Source: Candidatus Latescibacterota bacterium (lineage in GTDB: Bacteria; Latescibacterota; UBA2968; GCA-2709665). From it: 64,000 nucleotides of DNA. The stretch covers positions 5,728,001 to 5,792,000 of the forward strand of contig OZ244744.1 in the NCBI GenBank assembly GCA_965219455.1, given 5' to 3'. The notes below the pieces were generated by a model. The model was given only the letters and a program-made list of their open reading frames with translations. It searched no databases and was not told the DNA's origin. Made by a program: the position numbers and the translations under genes. Each line of letters begins with the position of its first letter. Positions within the stretch are counted from its first letter, which is position 1. This document shows positions 58,959 through 64,000 of this stretch, in pieces.

Positions 58959-60992
58959 CTAATACCATTTGTGGAGTGTGTGCCCCTGCTTTCCGAAGAA
59001 TACGGCGTCCACCACCAACCCGAGCGTTGTAACCAGAATATATGCCGTAAGCACTCCGATAAAAAACGGACGCGATTTCCTGTAGAACGCGGCCCCAACC
59101 AACTTCAGAAGGATGAACTTCACCAGCCAGGCCAGGAACAGCGTAAAACTCGTCAGCCGCGTCAGCCAGGCGCCCGAGATTGCGAAACCCACTGGATGAA
59201 CAGGCCACCAGCTGAGACGGTACCGCAACAGATTCAACGCCATCATAGCGACAAGGCCCGCCAGAAAGAACCAGTAGTCCTCCACCTCGGCCGGCTCCGG
59301 CGAGAGAATATCGTTTACCCCTCGCTGGTACCCGCCGATTCCGGCACGGATAATCAGCCAGTTGGGCTGGAAGTTGTACCCGCCGATCGTATATCCCAAC
59401 CAGATCGTAAACAGGGTCGATCCCACGACACCCACGATAAACGCGGCAAATACGCCGCCAAAGAACCATCGATGGCCTCCGACGAGAAAATCTCCGAGTC
59501 GGTTCAGGTGCATCCCCACCGAAAACGTGTATGCGCGAAAGTGGTTAAGCGATACCGACGCCGGATACTTGATCGCGTGGGTGGGCGCCGGGACGGCGCT
59601 GGCGCCGCCGAGCGCCGCTGTGGCCAGGTCCCACGACCTGGTCGCCGAACCTATATAGATATGACCCGTCTCTGCCAGAATCTTCGCCACCCCGAAATAG
59701 ATCAGAAACATAATGGGTATCAGTAGACAGATTACCTTAAGGTCCATTCCCGCCTGCGACAACCACGCAATGGTATAAACCGTTGAAATGCCCAACCACA
59801 GAAACGCCGCCCGATACGATATCAGATCCCGGCTGTCGTCTAGAGGGACGCGCTCGGGCCGGAGCGCCTTTTGGAACGCCTGGCGCAGATGCGTCCGCGA
59901 TACCAGCAGCCACCAGAAGGCAATTCCGACAAAGGCGCCCGCCGTCTGCCAGGCGTACCGTCCCGTCATATAGTGGGGTGAAATCGCCTCGACCCCGAGC
60001 CGGTTCAGGAACCCGCCCTCGAAAATAAACAACAGATCAAAGAACCAGAGACTGAACAATACCTCGAGGCTTGCAAAATAGGAAAAACAGATGACGACCG
60101 TACTCACGAAAATCCACTGCGGGGGAAATGCCTGGCCCAGGGGAATCCATGTTCCCCTGGCTGTGGGGAAAACGGGAAACCCAGGTTTGAACCACCCGAT
60201 GATATTCCAACTGAACACAAAAAAAACAATCGCGAATCCCGTCCAGAAGGCCTTGCCGGTCATGAATTCCGGGAGCCATCGTCTGCCCTTGCCTGCGTTG
60301 GCCGCCATCTCCACGATCGGTTCCATAGCGGGAAACACGATCTTTTCGTTCTCCGACCACTGCCTGTGGACAATCACGGACGCACACAGACACGCCAACG
60401 CCACCGCACAGACAAACGTAAACCACCAGAACAGGGGCATCGTCCACGCCTCCCACGGGATCGGGGCGCCCTGGGGCAACCCGTCGTAAAACCAGGTCAT
60501 CGCCCCGTCCTTGTTGGTCGGAATCATCCACTCAGGGAGGTACGGATGCAGAAACTCGGCCCACCGGTTCTCGGGTGTGGCGAAATAGTAGGGTGTCACG
60601 ATGACACCCACCAGGTAGCCGCTTACGCCGTAGGTCGGCCCGAGGGACGCTATAAATCCCATTGCAAAGACCGTAATCCACTCGCTGGACGAGAACACGA
60701 ACGTCCGGCCGAACCCTTTCGCCAGCGCCGCACAGAAAAGGATCGACAACAGCCAGACAATCAGATTCCCCATCGGCATGTGGCTGTAGGCCATAAACGA
60801 GGAATGAAGTATGTACCGTACGACGTTGCCCAGAACGCTAATGACGAGGGACAGACACAGCCCGAAAATCAGCGCCCTAATCGTCGTACCGCGATCTACC
60901 GCGGCCTGATGCGCCGGGTTTCTTTGAAGGCGCGCCAAACCCCGGGTGGAAATCGAATGTGGTTCAACCATCAATACGCCTCGATTGTCCAT
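58959..60992 (-). CDS. DUF6785/DUF6784-like polytopic membrane protein, copy 3
   Basis: Same motifs as copy 2 (MAYSHMPMGNLI, LGPTYGVSGYLVGVIV.PYYFATPENRW, WWPVHPVG); tandem paralog. Confidence 0.75.
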   Translation of the reverse strand: MDNRGVLMVEPHSISTRGLARLQRNPAHQAAVDRGTTIRALIFGLCLSLVISVLGNVVRYILHSSFMAYSHMPMGNLIVWLLSILFCAALAKGFGRTFVFSSSEWITVFAMGFIASLGPTYGVSGYLVGVIVTPYYFATPENRWAEFLHPYLPEWMIPTNKDGAMTWFYDGLPQGAPIPWEAWTMPLFWWFTFVCAVALACLCASVIVHRQWSENEKIVFPAMEPIVEMAANAGKGRRWLPEFMTGKAFWTGFAIVFFVFSWNIIGWFKPGFPVFPTARGTWIPLGQAFPPQWIFVSTVVICFSYFASLEVLFSLWFFDLLFIFEGGFLNRLGVEAISPHYMTGRYAWQTAGAFVGIAFWWLLVSRTHLRQAFQKALRPERVPLDDSRDLISYRAAFLWLGISTVYTIAWLSQAGMDLKVICLLIPIMFLIYFGVAKILAETGHIYIGSATRSWDLATAALGGASAVPAPTHAIKYPASVSLNHFRAYTFSVGMHLNRLGDFLVGGHRWFFGGVFAAFIVGVVGSTLFTIWLGYTIGGYNFQPNWLIIRAGIGGYQRGVNDILSPEPAEVEDYWFFLAGLVAMMALNLLRYRLSWWPVHPVGFAISGAWLTRLTSFTLFLAWLVKFILLKLVGAAFYRKSRPFFIGVLTAYILVTTLGLVVDAVFFGKQGHTLHKWY

Positions 60993-61038
60993 CAGAGCCG
61001 GGAATCGAGTTCCCTTCGCCCAATACAGGTCATCGCAA

Positions 61039-61830
61039 CTACATCGCCACGATCTTCTTCATTCGCCTTGCCGTCTCGATCTGCGCCTCGCGGCTGCCTG
61101 AAACCTCGTGGACTACCGGAGAACGATATCCAATGGCGCGCAGTTCGGCCATCACCGCGGGCCAATCGGTATCGCCGTCCATGAGATCCACAAAACGGTG
61201 TTCACTTCGTCTGAAATCCTTGAAATGCACCCGTACTATGCGTTCGCCAAGGCCTCGGATCCAGTGCTCAGGAAAGCCGTACGCCATCATATTCGCGGTG
61301 TCGAGATAGGTCCCCACCCGCGGGCTTGCAACGGCATCGACAAACGCGGCCATCTCCGGAGGACTCAACAGGAACTTGTTCCATACGTTCTCGATACCCA
61401 CTGAGACCCCCTTTTCTTCGGCCACCGGCGCCACGTCCCTGATTGCGCCCAACATCCCGTCCCACGCCAGTTGATAAGTGCCTTCGGCCGTGAGTTGCCC
61501 AGGATGTAGCAGCACCGCGTCGATTCCCAGAACGTGTGCGATTTCAATAGACCGCACGAGACACCTGACGCCCTGTTCACGATCGCTCATATTCAAGCTC
61601 AGGAAATTCCCGCGATCGGCATATTGCGCGATCGAACTGCCGATCTCCAGGCCAACGGCATCGCACTTTCTACGTACCGCCCGGATCTCATCGTCACTCA
61701 TATCCACGTCGGGGTCCCCGCCCTCGCCAAATACCAGTTCCAGAGACTCGTAACCGGCGACGCCGCACAATTCCAGCGTTTCGTCCAGCGAAAGCCGACC
61801 CAGGATAATCTGTGTCACGCCAATTTTCAT
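61039..61830 (-). CDS. Sugar phosphate isomerase/epimerase (hexulose-6-P isomerase-like)
   Basis: GIENVWNKFLLSP, YLDTAN...GFPEHWIR.LG, VHFKDF, GDTDWP. Confidence 0.9.
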   Translation of the reverse strand: MKIGVTQIILGRLSLDETLELCGVAGYESLELVFGEGGDPDVDMSDDEIRAVRRKCDAVGLEIGSSIAQYADRGNFLSLNMSDREQGVRCLVRSIEIAHVLGIDAVLLHPGQLTAEGTYQLAWDGMLGAIRDVAPVAEEKGVSVGIENVWNKFLLSPPEMAAFVDAVASPRVGTYLDTANMMAYGFPEHWIRGLGERIVRVHFKDFRRSEHRFVDLMDGDTDWPAVMAELRAIGYRSPVVHEVSGSREAQIETARRMKKIVAM

Positions 61831-61913
61831 AAACCTCTCCTCGTGTTAACCTGCCCGCGATTCCGGTCTCTGTACGACGCGGTTCCCGGGCAGTTGCGAC
61901 CCCGGCATTCCAC

Positions 61914-63104
61914 CTATCCGCGTTGCGCTTTCCACGAAATCAGAGCATTCGCAATTGTCTCCGTCATTTCTCTCACGTCGGCGCAGTGGGACTCGATACT
62001 ATCGGGAACGGCCTGCAGAAACGTCCGGATCGTACCCGCGTGCTCGCTCACGTACCGGTCTCCATAGACGTTGAGTTCCGGCTCTCTGGGATCGATCAAT
62101 ACACGCCGATTCTCCAGCGGCTGAACGTGGTAATTCTCCATGATCGCCGCCTCGACGACGGCGCCCTTCGCCCGCAAATGTTGCGGCATGGAATCTTTGT
62201 CGTGCATTCCGATGCTCCGGGTGAATCCCTCACGGGTAAAGTGGGCATGCACCTCGATCGAGGCATCCGGTCGGGTGTCCAGCAGATATTTCCAGAGCGC
62301 CTCGGTTTCCATCGGCGCACCCTTGCCTTCAACGAGGTTGTTGATTCCGAACTTGGGCACCTCGCCGACCGCGTTGGTAACGCTGTGGCCCACGAAGACA
62401 CCATCCGGATTCAGCATCGGCATCAGACAGAACTGAACCTTATCCAGAAGCCGCTGTGCTCGTGCCGTGGGGATGGTCAACCAGTGGGCGACGTGCATAA
62501 TGCCCCACGAAACCGGCTCACAGGACTGCATGGTAGCATCCACCAGCAGTTTCAGTTCGCGCGGCGGCGACTCCAGTACTGGAAGCGGTCGCCCATGGGC
62601 GGATGTCCCGATCTCTCGACAGGTCCAGACATCGGAATATTCGGCCAGTCGCTTAGCTTTCTCGAGCACTGTATCGGGCGCCTCATAGGGCGCCGAGGCG
62701 ATACGGACGGCTTCGCCGGGGTGGACATCCACGGAAGTGTCCATATATTCATGCTCGTGATAGTCCGTATCTTCCCGCGGCATCCATGCCCAACCCGTAT
62801 CTTGTCGCCAGACCCACCAGGGCGGATACAAATAGTTCGACCCCTTTCTGCTCAACAGAAATCGGAGTTTCACCCTGCGCGCGGCATCGCCCGAATTGCG
62901 TACACGCACATGGGCCATGTATTCTTTCGGAACGCCGGCCCCGGCAAATAGTTCATCGAGCAGATCCTGAAACCACCGGGGAATCTCCTCGGGCTGGTAG
63001 CCGATCTCATAGAGGCCGCAGGGCGTGATGCGCATCTCTCCCGCGCTGCTGCATGGAAACTCGTCGTCGATCTGAATCCCGGCATCCGTATCAACCAGTC
63101 TCAT
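61914..63104 (-). CDS. M14 zinc carboxypeptidase-like protein with atypical metal site
   Basis: IGTS..GRPL, MQSCEP (HxxE position), PMLNPDG, IEVH. Confidence 0.7.
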   Translation of the reverse strand: MRLVDTDAGIQIDDEFPCSSAGEMRITPCGLYEIGYQPEEIPRWFQDLLDELFAGAGVPKEYMAHVRVRNSGDAARRVKLRFLLSRKGSNYLYPPWWVWRQDTGWAWMPREDTDYHEHEYMDTSVDVHPGEAVRIASAPYEAPDTVLEKAKRLAEYSDVWTCREIGTSAHGRPLPVLESPPRELKLLVDATMQSCEPVSWGIMHVAHWLTIPTARAQRLLDKVQFCLMPMLNPDGVFVGHSVTNAVGEVPKFGINNLVEGKGAPMETEALWKYLLDTRPDASIEVHAHFTREGFTRSIGMHDKDSMPQHLRAKGAVVEAAIMENYHVQPLENRRVLIDPREPELNVYGDRYVSEHAGTIRTFLQAVPDSIESHCADVREMTETIANALISWKAQRG

Positions 63105-63120
63105 CGATCACTCCTCCTCT

Positions 63121-63170
63121 TGGTGTCCCGTCCCGAAAATAGGTTGCCTATTTCCGGGACAGAACACTAG
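63121..63170. mobile_element. MITE-like element, family A copy 3 (50-bp hairpin)
   Basis: GTGTCCCGTCCCGAAAATAGG-TTG-CCTATTTCCGGGACAGAACAC flanked by TG/TAG; ends at the comA TAG stop. Confidence 0.75.
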
Positions 63171-63949
63171 GCGCTGCCCGCATTGACGCCCAGTTCCCGG
63201 CGATATGCTTCCAGCGTCATCAGATCATCCGGCAGCACGTTGCCCAGATTCACCTCCGAACCGTACCGGTCGACAAGGATCCGCCGCATCTGGTGAATGT
63301 GGTGCGGGTTGACCCCCGAGATCCATGGCCCCGGCAATTCGAACATAACGTTCTCCAGGCCGGCGACCTTCACGGCCTGCTCGACCTGGCGCGCCTTGTC
63401 GGCATCATTGTCAACAAGTTCGGCCGCTTCCAGCAGAACGATGCGGGATCCTGCGTCCAGACACGCCTTCACGTCATCCGCCAGGGGTATGCTCACGTCC
63501 AAGCCCTCCTTCTGCCCGACCTCCCCCAACACCTTAAGCCCATGTACGTCTACTGCCTGCCGGATCATTTTCAGCTTCCATTCGTGTGTAACCACCGCCA
63601 GGTTGTCCGACACCTCGACCCAGCGATAGCCAGCGGAAACCACGGCAGGCAAGTACAGGGCGGCCTTGCTTTGCACCTCAGCGTATTCCAGGTATTGCCC
63701 GCCTGGAAACGGTTCGATATTGTGGTCCAGATAACGCTTGATTTTCGCTGTCAGCACATCGTTGGTCAGTAGCCTCGAAATGCCGACGGCCACCTTCGCG
63801 AAGTCAAAAAAAGGGGCCGCGGCCTCAATCAGATCAGACTGTGCCCCCGACCCGAGACCCCAGTCCACCACCATGGTCAACCCCAGATCACGAGGTTTTC
63901 CCGACCGATACCGGCCGTCCAACCCGCCAAAGATATGATCGCTGTACAA
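63167..63949 (-). CDS. comA: Phosphosulfolactate synthase (ComA family)
   Basis: KPR..GLTMV.D.GLG, DFAK, PGG...E, VEVSD, EVGQK, FELP, YGSEVNLGNV...LEA.R. Confidence 0.88.
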   Translation of the reverse strand: MYSDHIFGGLDGRYRSGKPRDLGLTMVVDWGLGSGAQSDLIEAAAPFFDFAKVAVGISRLLTNDVLTAKIKRYLDHNIEPFPGGQYLEYAEVQSKAALYLPAVVSAGYRWVEVSDNLAVVTHEWKLKMIRQAVDVHGLKVLGEVGQKEGLDVSIPLADDVKACLDAGSRIVLLEAAELVDNDADKARQVEQAVKVAGLENVMFELPGPWISGVNPHHIHQMRRILVDRYGSEVNLGNVLPDDLMTLEAYRRELGVNAGSA

Positions 63950-64000
63950 AATGCATACCCTCCTCAGACAAGCACGGATCCGGTCACACCGACGCCAGGC

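Overview
A GC-rich (roughly 60%) bacterial chromosomal segment. I see no rRNA, tRNA, CRISPR array or intact transposase. The left third holds a complex I-like operon on the minus strand (nuoA-B-C-D-H-I-J-K-L', no nuoEFG in the visible part). It diverges from an Fe-S biogenesis cluster (sufB-C-D-S-U-sufT-like, then an Rrf2 regulator) that continues into a second stand-alone nuoB, an nfuA-like carrier and a radical SAM gene. The radical SAM gene's apparent TGA stop is almost certainly selenocysteine (...PWYC-U-AEPTEEQFALV*, followed by a SECIS-like hairpin), and the gene converges on an ATP-grasp ligase. This pair is the most interesting candidate system. The rest is a mosaic of catabolic and accessory genes: SDRs, aldo/keto reductases, Gfo/Idh/MocA oxidoreductases, amidohydrolases, creatininase, GGT, TIM-barrel epimerases and comA. 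It also carries three paralogous ~670-aa DUF6785/6784-like membrane proteins, a split NMT1/SsuABC-type ABC transporter led by a LecA-like gene, two secreted proteins with dockerin-like tails, two families of tiny MITE-like elements abutting TAG stop codons, and two small gene remnants. The gene content resembles Candidatus Latescibacterota/Poribacteria-type organisms (inference only). All family assignments come from motif recognition by eye, not database searches.
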